A stretch of DNA of 64,000 nucleotides, from positions 36,351,967-36,415,966 of the forward strand of contig CM120640.1 of assembly GCA_051362555.1 (NCBI GenBank). The letters run 5' to 3'. The notes under the pieces are model-generated. The model was not told the origin of the DNA and ran no database searches. It saw only the letters and a program-made list of their open reading frames with translations. Below, piece by piece: positions 39,701 to 52,685 of this stretch (positions are counted from its first letter, which is position 1; every line of letters begins with the position of its first letter). Origin of the DNA: Lingula anatina. Its lineage: Eukaryota; Animalia; Brachiopoda. The position numbers and the translations under genes were made by a program.

Positions 39701-40668
39701 AACACTAGAGTAAAAAATTGGTATTCTGAACAAATCAGGTTATTTTTTTCAAGAAATATTGGAGCAGTATCCATGCAATATATACCACGCCACGACCAAG
39801 ATGTTCAAGAATCTAAACACACCAAATTTTTTTGTAATCTTGCATTTGAAAAGTACAAAAAGCGGTAAGGCTTTTGGCCGTAACAAGCGTAACACTTTTT
39901 GATCGGAACTCATGAAAATTGTCAATTGTCGTATCCAAGCTAGACCACATGTAAAATCGCAAAAATAAACAATACTGCTCAAGCAAGTGTGTTGCACACA
40001 TAATAATTAGTTAAATTTTATGACTGTCATGTGACACAAGTTTCAAAAAGTAGGAGGAAAATGTCTTTTGGAGTAATTTTTTTTCGAAATATTAACAAGA
40101 TGGCGGCTTAAGCATCTGCTTGTTATTCGGCTACTGAAAGTGCACCTAAGTTTTATTCTTTGCTATTGCCACAAATTACTTAACAATTGTAACTGTATAA
40201 AGACCAAACTTTCTTCATTTGATACTATAATTATAGGCACTTGTTATGAGTGGGAAATATTTTTCGTGCAATATTTATTCTCACACACCACCTCGCGAGA
40301 TCAACGTGTAGCTGGACACTTACACAGTGAGACCCTACGACATAAAAGTTGCAATTTATCTTCATATTTCGTGTAGTTATGCATTTAAAAGCACTTACCT
40401 GTTTTTTGAAAACCTTGTCCAACGTACTATCATATAAATTCTGTATTTCTCTCATTTTTTAGAAACTTGGGACTCCGTTTCTGTTTCTGTCCTCAAAAAT
40501 CAACAGACGAAGGCACAGATACTAACAAACGAGATTTAAACGAGAGTAATTAAGCGTAACAGAGATAGACATCCATTGTTCTCTGGGTTCTATTCATTCC
40601 GACCAATGAGAGACCGTAATACGGGCTCCGCCCCCACGCGTGTAATCTCCTTCTGTTATAACTCCTTG
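36793..40668. mobile_element. Non-autonomous P-superfamily DNA transposon, 3876 bp
   Basis: Perfect 31-bp TIR caaggagttataacagaaggagattacacgc, 7-bp TSD ggttaat, subterminal inverted motif gggcggagc/gctccgccc; no transposase ORF. CAAGG ends and a 7-bp TSD fit the P superfamily. Confidence 0.85.
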
Positions 40669-41045
40669 GGTTAATAGAGGAGAAATTTGTTAAAATGCTG
40701 TGACACTAGTTAGTATATCAGTTAAATCCAAATCATAGATGTCTGGCAGTAGAAATGAGTTGTTGCCTGTCATAATTCAACTCCACATAGAGACCTATAG
40801 ACCAGTAGACAAACGAAACATCCATGATTATAGGCTGTCATCTTGAATAAACTGCCTTCAGCACCAAATTAGTATGCTCATACTAGCAGCCACAGATATT
40901 TGAATGTTGATTGTGAGTGTTTGAAATTAAACAAGATTTAACAATTATTCCTGGATCAACCAAGTGACCCAGTAGATCTTCCATTCTGTAGACAAATATT
41001 AATGTGATGTGGTTAATGAAACATATAATCTGGCAATCCAATTAA

Positions 41046-42201
41046 GGCCACACTTTTTTATTTTTATGGATGACATCCTGCGCGCGCACCGATTTTCATC
41101 CGTTCTCCGAAAAAAAAAATCCCCCCCCTCCCTCCAACGAAGTCGGTTGTCGCAAACTTCGTTATTGAATTTGCAGGAAAATAAGCTTTCTGGGCATGTG
41201 TATTATCGCCACGTGGAAATATGGCTGCTTTGCCGTCAAATTCATCTCCAGGATAACTTTCAAATTACACGACAATTAATTATGTAAAGTCATAAAGAGA
41301 ATGGGGCCGTCGTTTTGGATTGTTATGCCATTGATATTGGGCATGGAGATATTCACTTTTTTACAATTATGCGAACGGCTGGTGGCGGCCAGCGATTATC
41401 GCCCGGAAAATTTCAGTGACATTCTGTCCAAAGCAGCACATACCAGGTTTTTTGTAGTGAAAAAGGGTCGACAGGGCGTCAAGGTATTTGGTGGGCAGAA
41501 GGTCGGTCAGGCCACCCGACAGTTTGGCTGCTTCATGTGAGTCGTAGTAGACCAAATGGCATCGACCGAAATGACCTTTTATAGATTTGGTGGTATTAAG
41601 CATATCTTAGCATCATTTTTAAGATTTCTGTGAAGTGTTCATAACGCTTTAATATTCTGAGAGTACAAATAAAGACACACTGTTTGTTTAATATTTGTTT
41701 AATTGATTGTTATATCAACAAAATGCATGGAATAACCTAAATAGATTTGGTAATATGCAGCATATTTATCAGGCCCATAGCCAGCAATTTCAAAATGGGG
41801 GTGCTTTTTCTGAAAAAGTGGACCTTTTTCCATGAAAACGTCCTGTACTTAGATCAAATTTTACCCAAAGTGGACCTTTTCCCGGCAAAAGGGGTGGTTC
41901 TTTCACCCCCCCCCCCCCCCCCCCCCCCGGGCTACAGGCCTCCCTATTCATGACTTTTTTTTTTTTTACCTTTCGAAGTATTCGCAATGCTTTAATATTT
42001 TGAGAGCATGGAAAAAGACACATTGTTAGCTTAATATGTGTTTCTGTGGTAAATTTGTGTTTCCAGCTGTGTACTGACAGCATTCCTTTACTTAAGCAGT
42101 ATTTTTTTTTTAAGGACTGTTTTTTTTTTTTTTTTTCGCCCTCTCGCACCGATTTCGGGGTCCCAAGAGGATGTCATCCATAAAAATAAAAAAGTGTGGC
42201 C
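41046..42201. mobile_element. Non-autonomous Harbinger-type element, with a nested hAT-like MITE at ~41770-41942
   Basis: ~33-bp TIR ggccacacttttttatttttatggatgacatcc, TAA TSD; nested caggcccatagcc...ggctacaggcct with a poly-C run. Confidence 0.85.
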
Positions 42202-42935
42202 TAATCTATTTAAAAAACCTGTATTCACAATTTTGGCTTTGAATACACTCTTGGTTTTTAGAATGCCTTCCTTACTTCTATGGCAAACACAATTTAGATG
42301 GCAAGTTTGTCCTGAAAAGTAACATATCTACATCATGAGAAATCCTTAGTTTTTTTTTCATAACAAGAAAAGTCCACACCTTTCACTTAGAATTTTGAAT
42401 TCAACTCAGATTGGTTTGGGTAAAAGTACAACTATCAGTATGTAATCTCTGGTTACAGTCTAGATTGCAAAGAGAAACATGTATATTCTTTTTTCCATTT
42501 TTTTTTTCAGAATGCGCAGCTGAGCTGGAGAAGTGCCTCTGCAGGAAAGAAAGGTAATAAATCAATGAATTATAGCAAATCAATATTTAAGCAAAAAAAT
42601 TTAATTAAGGATAGAGAGTATTGAGACCTGCTTGTCAAAATGGCCAATAAAAATATTAGATTTATGTTGAACACACCCAAGACTGTCTTCAAGCTTCTTA
42701 TTTCCTCAGGTTAAAACTGAAGTAATCTTTATCGAAAGGCTAAGAGTACACATTAATTGAAATTTTATAAACAGTTTGCAAGCTTTTTCTCCTATTTTAA
42801 TTTCAGTATGAATATTTTAATTTTGTTATTTCAATTGTGATGAATATAGGCATCACAAAATTATGCAGGAAATCCAAAACTCCTTTCATACAGGTTTTCA
42901 TAAAAGGATCCTATTGAGTGAGACCCACTTTGAAT

Positions 42936-45900
42936 ATGTCGGGAAGAAGAGATGACTTTGGTGGCTTCAGAAGCTCTGCCCGTCCATACAGAGATAATCC
43001 TGGATTAGGAGAATATAGAGATAATCCAGGTCAAGGTTACCAAAGCTCAGGTAGTCAGGCCCTGAATGAACTGCACAGGGAGTATCATATATTCCGTGGT
43101 AGAATAGAAAGCCCCTAGCCTTAGTACAGTAGCTTTCTCTTTGCTAATGCACTAGCTTTGTTTGATGTTTTTCACAGTTTCTGTAATTACAGAGCACATG
43201 TCTACTATCTTCTTGTCAAGACACAAGACCACTTTCAACTGCTGTCCAATATGAAGGTAGACCTGACAGACAGGCAGAGATGACGGACGACCAGGCAGAC
43301 AGACGGACACACTTTAGTGTGCAATGTGAAGAGCACAAACAACCTTAGATATTCTTCCAATCATGCCAAATTGTTGCTTGCCATTGGTGATTGCTTGAAT
43401 TAAAAAAAAAAAGAAAAAAAAAAATGGACCTTGTGCACACATTTAGGGTCTCTACTTTGTGAAAATATTGCTATATATTGATTTATAATAAAGGAATAGA
43501 TTTCAAATATAACATTGTTCTACAGTATTTTTCCCTAGAGAAAGGGACGGTGACATTTACTAATCAGTCTTTATAACATAATGTTTGTACCCTAGCATAT
43601 TCAGTATTAAAGCCAGTCAAATTAAAAAAATGAATTTTCAAAAAAATTGTCTGATTTGCAAAAATGTTCCTCAGGTAAATGAAAAAAGGCAAATATTTGA
43701 TATGCTAGTGTGCAATAAGGTAGAAAAGTAATTACTGTACTAATCTCATATGTATTGCAAAATGATAGAGTAATCAGATCAGAACATTACTTATTAAATT
43801 GTTTGCCTGAAATGAAAAGAAATTTATTAATTTCTCATGTGGACTGAGTAATTTCATGGAACAATTGGTGTCCTTTCACAAGTGATGTGGCCTAATTTCC
43901 TAACAAGCTTGCTTACGGATCCTCAGTTACATAAACTTAACATATTTTTCTTTTGTTTAGACCAGTATTTACTCATATTGGTACATTATACCAATCATTA
44001 CTAAAAGTATATATAAATGTAATGCAACTTGTCATGAAGGAATTTTTTTTGTCTTGTGTGTATTTATTTTTTATCATTTTTCCTTTCTGTTTTCTCTTCC
44101 AGGATATGGAAATTTTTCGCAGCTTTATGATCAAGTCAGTAGCAATGTTTTCACCATTAATAACCATGGTAAGTCAAACGATATAAGTTGCATACCTCAA
44201 ACTTTCAATCTACTTTAAACTTTCCAAAAAGAAATGCTGCAGACTGTTGCTTAACCATAAATTTGATACTAATAATTGACTACCCTACATGTTTGATTGT
44301 TGACCATTGATTTATATACACCAGGGCAAAAAAGGCAGCTAGTACTAAGTATCTGATTCAAAAATAGCAAGAAAACTGGTGAAAAGCAGGTTTGAAGTCC
44401 TGACCTTTTTTGCATAGAATCCATCTAGGCAACCAAGTTATACGTTTGCCTGCCACAGCACATGTTAATATCTTAACTTTGAACAATTTTATTTTCAGCA
44501 ACAAGCTTGGAACGCGCACTACGGCAGATTGGATCAGACAGAGACAGCAAAGAACTACGAGATAGAATGTAATGTCCACTTCTGTTCTTTTTTTTTTTTT
44601 TTTTTTTTTTACTGTAACTGGCATTTGCTTTAAAGTAAAAATTAACTACATTTTTATGATATCAGTTATTTGAAGTATGTCCTCTTTTACTCATCAGTGT
44701 GAAGTTGTATGGAATAATGTGTTTATTAGTCACAAAACAAATAGATGGTGAAACTTATTTGTTACGTGCAATTTTATTAATTGTTGTCATCTACCTTTTT
44801 TTCTATACAGACATGAAACAGAGCTGAAAACCAATAAAATCATTGCTGAAACCACAAAACTTTTTAAGCAGTTGTCTGGAATAAGAGGAATAGAAAGGGT
44901 AAATGTCATTTGATATTTCAACACTTTGCTTTTACAATATATTTAGAATGAATGGAATAGAAAGGGTAAATGTCATTTGATATTTCAACACTTTGCTTTT
45001 ACAATATATTTAGAATGAATGTCATTTGATATTTCAACACTTTGCTTTTACAATATATTTAGATAAAATCCTGTGTGGAAAAAGGGGTTTATGTTTGATT
45101 ACAACCCCCACTTTATTTATTTCAAAAAACTTACTTAAATTATTTCTGTCATTCTAGCAACAAAAGTTGAGTGTGGAAAGGATACAAAATGACTTCAAAG
45201 AAACAATACAGAGATACTCTGAATTACAAAAGGTATGCAAATATGTATATTAGCAGGCTGATATAAAAGATATGCAATAAAAGTAGTTTGATTATGTAAA
45301 TATTATTGGTCAGATTTTGAAGTTTATTTTTTTCAATCACTGCAGTGTATAGGCAGAGGAGGAAGTGAAATTTAAAATTTTTAAATCCGGATTCTAAATG
45401 AGTCACTGTACATCTAACCATTTTTCTTAGTAAAGTAATTGCCACATCGTAGATATTTTAAAATACTAGTTTATAGAAAATAAGGAAAAGAAATAATTAA
45501 TTTCAGAAAGCAGCAGAAAAAGTTAAAACAATAGCATTAAGGCAACGGACACAAAGTTCGGAGGGTCTAGGTTTTGGAGCCAGTGTAAGTTGCAACATTC
45601 ATATGTTTTTAGAAAAAAAGTCATATAAAATTTATAAAATAAAATTAATTTATTCTGAATAGTCATAGACATGAATGAGCTGAAAGTCTTCATCTGGGCG
45701 GGTCAGGATCAGTTTGGGAAAGTTTTATTATAATTATGAAAGCGGTGGATTTTTACTGTGACAATCTTTCTTTTCTTCAGGATGATGACAAAGTGGCTCT
45801 GATGGAGCAGGATGAGCTGAGGCGACAAGAGTTACAAGCACAAGAACAGTTAATAGAAGATGACTTGGCTGTGATACAGGAGAGGGAGGAGAGGATAAGA

Positions 45901-47316
45901 GAATTAGAGGTAAAAAGTGGATGAAGGTGGTCATCTTAAGCATTATTTTCCGGGAACCCTTTCTGTACAAAATTGTATTGTTCCGTACTTCAGGTTTGCC
46001 TTTAGTATGGGCTTTTTCAGTGCTTCGTGGACAGGAGAAGGATTATTACAATGATATTTATACCTGCCCACTTATATGACTAAATGTGTGTTCAGTGCTT
46101 TATTTCAAGCTATCAGCTTAAAATTATATTGGGTGCAATTTTGTTGGAGAATTTCTGAATAATCAGGAATTTAGTAAAAATAAGAAAAAGAATGTATTCT
46201 CTAGATGTGGTCAACTTTCAATTGATATATTGTTTTTAAGGGGGTTACAAAGTCTTTCTACAAATGTCTCTGCTGGAAACTTATATCGTTCAATATTTAT
46301 TTTGTTTGAAATGTTGGACTGAATGTGACATTTATTTTTCTTCCAGGCAGACATCCTAGATATCAATGAAATATTCCGGGACCTGGGCACTTTGGTGTAT
46401 GAGCAGGGAGAGATGATAGGTATGTTATGAAGCACGTTTTCTTGAGTTTATATTCTTGAAGGTTTGATGTTGGTTTGTGGCTTTAATCTCCAGTAATTTG
46501 TGCTTGTAACTCAGCTGCCTTGTTACATCATTTTGAAATCATGACTAGGAAAATATGCCTTGCTGAAGTCAAGTGAAGAAAAAATTTAGCTTTAAAATGT
46601 TTATTTTTAAGGTGTTTTTGAGTTTGACCAATGGATAGTAAGTATCAGAATTCTGGCATTGGGACATAAATTATTCCTAACTAGCACAGTTAGTACATGA
46701 ATTTAAAACAGAGAGTTGCCTTTCTATTGTAAATATGTTAATTTGTGTGTTTATTAGACAATATTGAAGACCATGTTTCCAAGGCACATGATAATGTGGA
46801 GGCAGGGAATGAACAATTGGTAAAGGCAGCATCATATCAGGTAAGCTAATTAATTTACACATCTAGATTAGATCATGTGTTCAGTAATAGAGTTGTGTCA
46901 TTGCTAAATCATATAATAGTCTCAAGTCTTGTAAGAAGACTTAATGAGAGAAAAATTATTTGATTCCTTTTGGTGCAAGAAAATTTGGCCAATTTTACTT
47001 GGTTTACATTTTTTTTGGACTTGTCAAATAATCTTGTTTGACCACTGTTGATGGCCCCCTCTGTTTTGTCTTATGTTTTTAATGATGCACAGTAACATTT
47101 ATAATAGTAAGAAATTTAACATTATGCTCCGAGATCAAAAAGAAAGAGCAGATGGTGATATTGTTTGGTTTTCATTCTACAAACTTATTATCTGGATTTT
47201 TTTTTTTTTTTCAGAAAAAAGCCAGGAAAAAAATCTGCATATGTGTCATCGTCTTAATTATAATCCTTGCCATTATTGCTGTCATAATCTATGTGTCCGT
47301 ACCTAAGAATAAGTAA
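42936..47316 (+). CDS. Endosomal Qa-SNARE syntaxin (Stx7/12 group, Stx20/TSNARE1-like); exons 42936-43050, 44103-44168, 44499-44568, 44811-44898, 45158-45232, 45507-45584, 45781-45909, 46347-46419, 46758-46840, 47215-47316
   Basis: Ten GT-AG exons in one frame: Habc domain, SNARE motif [37 protein letters not shown]...GNEQLVKAASYQ, C-terminal TM KKARKKICICVIVLIIILAIIAVIIYV. Confidence 0.93.
44887..45063 (+). repeat. 67-bp tandem duplication (about 2.6 copies) across a syntaxin donor site
   Basis: ggaatagaaagggtaaatgtcatttgat...tttagaatgaat at 44887 and 44954, partial copy from 45021. Confidence 0.9.
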
Positions 47317-50315
47317 TTGCAGTGGATTGTACCAATAATTTCTTGAGCCTTTAGAGATAGAGTATGAAGTGGGACAGTTTCCCACCACATTTTATTGAGG
47401 ATTACGTGATAAATGTGGTGCACTTAGTGCTGTACTGCCTGTTATACTATTTGCTCACTCTTCCTGTGTTTCATGTTCATGTAAACATGGGCCCCTTGTT
47501 TAAATGCCCAAATGAGGTAGGTTAGATTGGTTTTGCTGCATTTTGATACTTAACTGAAGATGCCTAGATATTAACATTCATTTTAAGATGTTGACTGGTT
47601 GGTTATTTGTTGAAATAGAACACTAGCACTTAGTTTTACCAACATTTACACATGAAAGAAGCAAACAATATTGTTGGCATATTACTGAATTTGTGTATTT
47701 CGTAATCGGAAATATTAATTGATGTTGATAACTTTAGGCACATACAGTTTTGTTTGATTTTATGTCAAACATGTTTTTCTTGTTCTTGGCTTTGCAAATA
47801 TGTTCCCCATTGTTGCCTCCTACTATTTGGATTTATCAGCAGAAGGGTATCATGATGTACGCAATACATTAGACTCTCATTATTAGCTTTAGATGTACAT
47901 TGGTCAATAAAACATAAGTGATAGTACAAGTTACATGCTTACATTTGCAAAAGAAACTACTATATTACTTCTTTAGTATATTAAGGCTTTAGAAAGGCAG
48001 TGAAATTTGGAGACAATTATCAGGTGGAGTTATTTATGTATTAGTATGGTTATGTATTAGAATTTTATACATTTTTTTCTGTTCTGGTGTCATTTATGTA
48101 TGATTAATTTATGGTTCTCTGTAGAACATTCCTTGACTATATTCTAGATAAATAGTATCTTGGTACTACAAAGAAGTGATCAAGTTATGAATGACATTAA
48201 CTTGAGAGGAATGGTAAATGGTGCTATAAAGTAACTTGAAATGAAAAGGGGCCTTGATGCTCTGTAGCTTGTAATATTTTGTGATTGTATTCTCGTAAGA
48301 AAGGAATGCCCAAGCCTAACAGTTTTTACCTTAAAGTTAATCACTAGGAACAACTATTGTCTAAAAAGAAACGTTTATTATTTGGCAGTGGTACTTCTCA
48401 ATTTATAAATTATGATATGAATATAAAATAGAGACTGCATTACTAGAATAGCAATCCTTTTGTTTGACTTTCTCATACTTACTAAAACTTACTGTGTTTT
48501 ATGAAGAATGAAATGCTTTTTATTTTTTATGTTCCCACTTGTATGCCATTTTTCAAACTTCTCAAGAGATGTCATATGTAATATATATTTCGGGTTAGCC
48601 AATTCTTCTTCCATGATATTGACAACATGGTTGCAAATTGATTTATTTATTGGATAGTAGGTGATAGAAAGGGGGGAAATTGTGAATGTATTTGTTGAAA
48701 TACTTTTAATAATATTGATGATTGAGAAGTTTATGTTATTGCATTCTTTTTGCATGTGCAATATTTCGTATCTGTCATTACATATAAGGAAATAAACTTA
48801 ATTTTCTTTGTATATCATTTTCTTTCTTGTAGATATGTAGGATCGTCATTGGTCTTTTGACTGGTGTAAATATCTTAAAAGGAAAGACCTGAAATGATAC
48901 AATCCAATTTGAAAGCTTACAAATGCCACAGTGATGCTCAATATTCATCACAGTATCTTTAACCAAATCGTCTTTAGTTATGAACGTATTTGATGAATAC
49001 AAAGATTTCCACAACAAAAAAGTCAGACTTTTAAAACAAATACTGGTAGTACATATACCAAATGCTTACCTTCAAATCAAGCAGGGACTTTCACCTTTAC
49101 AATCCCAGATAACAAAATGCATAAATTCCAAATTGCTTTTGTCATGTTTATTGTACAAAAATACATCAAAAAATTTCTCAATTGGCATAAGTCACAATTG
49201 GCATAAATCTTGGAGATATGCATCTTTAAATTAGTTAACACAATGTGATCAACACAATGCTTTACTGATGCAAAACCTCCAAATTCTTTGAAGGTTTTAT
49301 CATTTGCTAGTTTAACCACCGTGTTACCCAGCGCTATGTAAAAAGTTGTTTTTAGCTCAGCATTTTGTGATTTTTGTTTTTTGATAACCAGTGAATATCA
49401 TTAAAATTACATGCAAATTAACAGGTATGTTACATTCATGATACTGAAAAAAATGTGCAATTTCTTGCATAGTATTTCTCAAAATATTTACAAAAAAGAG
49501 TATTCTTAGTAAGATAAAAGACTAGGACATCATACAAACTTCTGCCCAACAGTATTTTGGCCACAAAAAAAATGCACAACAATATTTTGGTTACAAGATA
49601 AGGCACAGCAGGCATTACTAAAAAAATAACAGAGAATACCCTGAATTTAAAGCTCTATATTAACATAACACATAATACTTGGCAATTTGTGACTCAGACA
49701 ACATTAATATATATCTATTTGTTTTACAACCTGGTATTGCATAGCTGTAATTTTTTTTCAGGACAGCTGCCTGCTTTGAGCATACACCTTTGTTGCTGAG
49801 CAATATCTTAGATACAATAGAAAATCAGCAGTAATCATTAAATTATATAAATTGTATATGTTAAATGTTATGCCTTATTTTTTACCCCAAACAAGTACTT
49901 CAGTAAATTTACTGATAGTACCAAAAGAGAGAAATATTTTATAAGTTACATCAGGCTTGTAGTCTGCAATTTCAAACCAGAATTTTTTGTCTGAAAAAGT
50001 GTACTTTTTTACCCTCTTAGTTGACCCAGCATGAGATATGGCATGGAATCTAGATAAAATGTTGATTCACAATAAACTTTTCTAAACAAAAAGGCCTTTC
50101 TTCTTAACTGTACATATGAGATAAAAGTATCATGGAGGTGATTTTTTTTTACTCGCTTATTTTGTGTTCCACAGATTTTGAAACAGATGAAGACTTAAAA
50201 ACAGATATGCAATAAATTTTTGATTTTTTTACACCTCCTTTTAATCTAGAAAGTTCTAGGAATGTGTAAGTTAAAACTGGCATGAAATCATCTTCAGATA
50301 TATCAACACCACTTT

Positions 50316-51438
50316 TCATGGTCCTGTGGTGTCTGGATGAAATAGGGGTGTGGTAAAAGGCACTTTCCTTGGAGGTGCGTTCTTGCGTTTTTCATACTCT
50401 TCCATCATTTTATCATAATCTGGATGGTTTTGGCGGTAGGAAAATTTCCACCTAAATGAGCTCATCCTTGGAGAGTCTTTAACATAACGACCAAAAATGT
50501 CGATTCTTTTTCCCTCTAAATTTTCTGGGGGTGGCTGTGTTAAGTCTGGCATAGGATGGAATGATTGTTCATATCTCTTGAAGTGTTCCGGTGGAAGTAT
50601 ATTCCCTGAAGAAAGGAAAAGTTGGTTAAAAAACAGTTAAATTACCATCATCAAGATAAAAAACAAAAGAAAAAAAAAGCAATGCCAAACTAATATAATA
50701 AAACTAAGCATATTTTTTTTTCTTACATGCACATCTAATATTTACATACATTTACAATAGTCTTCATCAACAATTAATATTAACATCTGGTAGATATTTC
50801 TTTTTTTTTACTTAAAATACCCACATTACTTTATCATTTATTACTACTCTACAATTTTATAAGAAGTATCTTAAAATTTGACCCTTACCTAATTCATCAA
50901 TAGGTGGATAACGGCTTTCACTCTTTGCTTTCATATTCCTGAAATCTGCAAGTTCATTATTTGTTCTTCTAATAGCTAAGGCTCTTTTCTTGGGGTCCTT
51001 AATTACAGGAGTCTCTTGCAAAAATTTCCCAAAAGTGTATTTACCCACTTTTGATGGTGGTGGAATGTTTAGTGGGTACATAGCTGCAATCATTTCAGAA
51101 GTTTTACGCCCTTCTGTCGTTGTGTGAAATCCGTAATGCAGTCGGAAATTTCTCCAAACATTACTGTTATAATTAGGATCTGGTCTCTCAGGATATGGTG
51201 CCTGGTGTTTTCCAGCTTCAACAAATAACCGGTACTCAATGGAAGGGTGGCCATATGTTGAATTTTCCAGGCTAGACCTCAGTCTGTGATTGCATTCAAT
51301 ATTGAGCATTGAGCGTGGCATTTTTTTGTTTGCCAGTTTTTCTGTAGGCCGTGGAGTGAATCCTGTGTGTTTGGGAGATGCAGACGGCATCAAGAATTCT
51401 CGCTCCTTAATAGTAGGCATTGTTTCAACAGACACCAT
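50316..51438 (-). CDS. TEX52: Testis-expressed protein 52-like; exons 51438-50889, 50605-50316
   Basis: [49 protein letters not shown] match my recollection of TEX52 ([46 protein letters not shown]); phase-1 intron keeps frame. Confidence 0.82.
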
Positions 51439-51820
51439 ATTACAGCTCTCTGGAAAAGGAAACGAATTAGGTTACCTGAATAATAGAAATGAGATTATCA
51501 CCAAAAGGTAAGTATACATGTACACATGCTAGTGTATATCATTTGGTCGTAGAACCATCGGTCTAGCGACGCGTCTGTGTGGTGATGTACTGTACATGTA
51601 CATGTGTTTATGTACTGTATTGCATCAAGGCTGTATTCAAATAGTGATCTTCTGAATGCCTCAATCAAATCTAGACTTACCAGTAGAAATGTTTTTTTCC
51701 TCTACCGAATGCACCTAGCTCACGCCAGTGGATAGCTCGTCGTTTGCCGTGTGGACACGAAATGTCTATATACCAGGGGTTATTAAACTGGCATGACCGC
51801 CATCTTTCAACAATATGGAA

Positions 51821-51834
51821 GTTGCTATGGCAGA
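51821..51834. promoter_or_regulatory. RFX X-box-like motif in the divergent promoter of TEX52-like and the coiled-coil gene
   Basis: GTTGCTATGGCAGA vs consensus GTTRCCATGGYAAC; lies between divergent non-coding exon donors (51681 minus, 52215 plus). Confidence 0.5.
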
Positions 51835-52482
51835 AAGCGAGATCTCGTGTTTGAAGTAAATTAATAGGATACTACATCAATTATTGCTTCTCCCAAAATA
51901 TGATCTAGACTAGTTATAATATATTCATATTCATTCAAACATATGTATTATAAGCAAAAATTATACTTGTAATATACAGTTTCATATAAAATTCTGTCAT
52001 ACATTGTCAAATTATTTACCTTCCATCTGAATTATACTACACTGTGCACAAAAATAAGAGGGAGTAATGCCGGATATAAGAAGAGCAAAAGTATAATGCG
52101 CACCTGTTTCGCGCAGTTGCTACAAACCAAGGTGAATTTTATAAACAGGACTGTCATGGCTCTTGACACTGACCGACATTAATAATGTAGAGGCGTTTGA
52201 CGAGAAAATAATAAGGTAAGTTCCCGTTATAGACGTCCTATCGCATTTACACTTTTGAAGGAATACTATTCGTCACTTACTTATCTAATAGATGGTTCAC
52301 TGACAACTGCAGGCCCGTACAGCACTACATGTACGGTAGTACCTGCATGCACCAAGTATACTAGTATGTCCATCTTGTCTAGTCTTTCTAGTCTGATGTC
52401 TGTGTACAGTGTAGTATGCTGATACAATATTATTGTAACATACAGCGAACACTGTGTTAATGTATGAATTAACATTTTTATT

Positions 52483-52521
<39 letters not shown>

Positions 52522-52685
52522 TTATCATTAGAAATTATGCACCACCTGTCGAACATGGTTTAAAATATTCCGACAAAAATTCAATTAAATATTTAATGGA
52601 TATTTTCTGCGACAATATCAGAACATTGTTTGAGTACACACTGTATGTTAATATACATGCACATCAATTATTTCAGAGTTTCACA

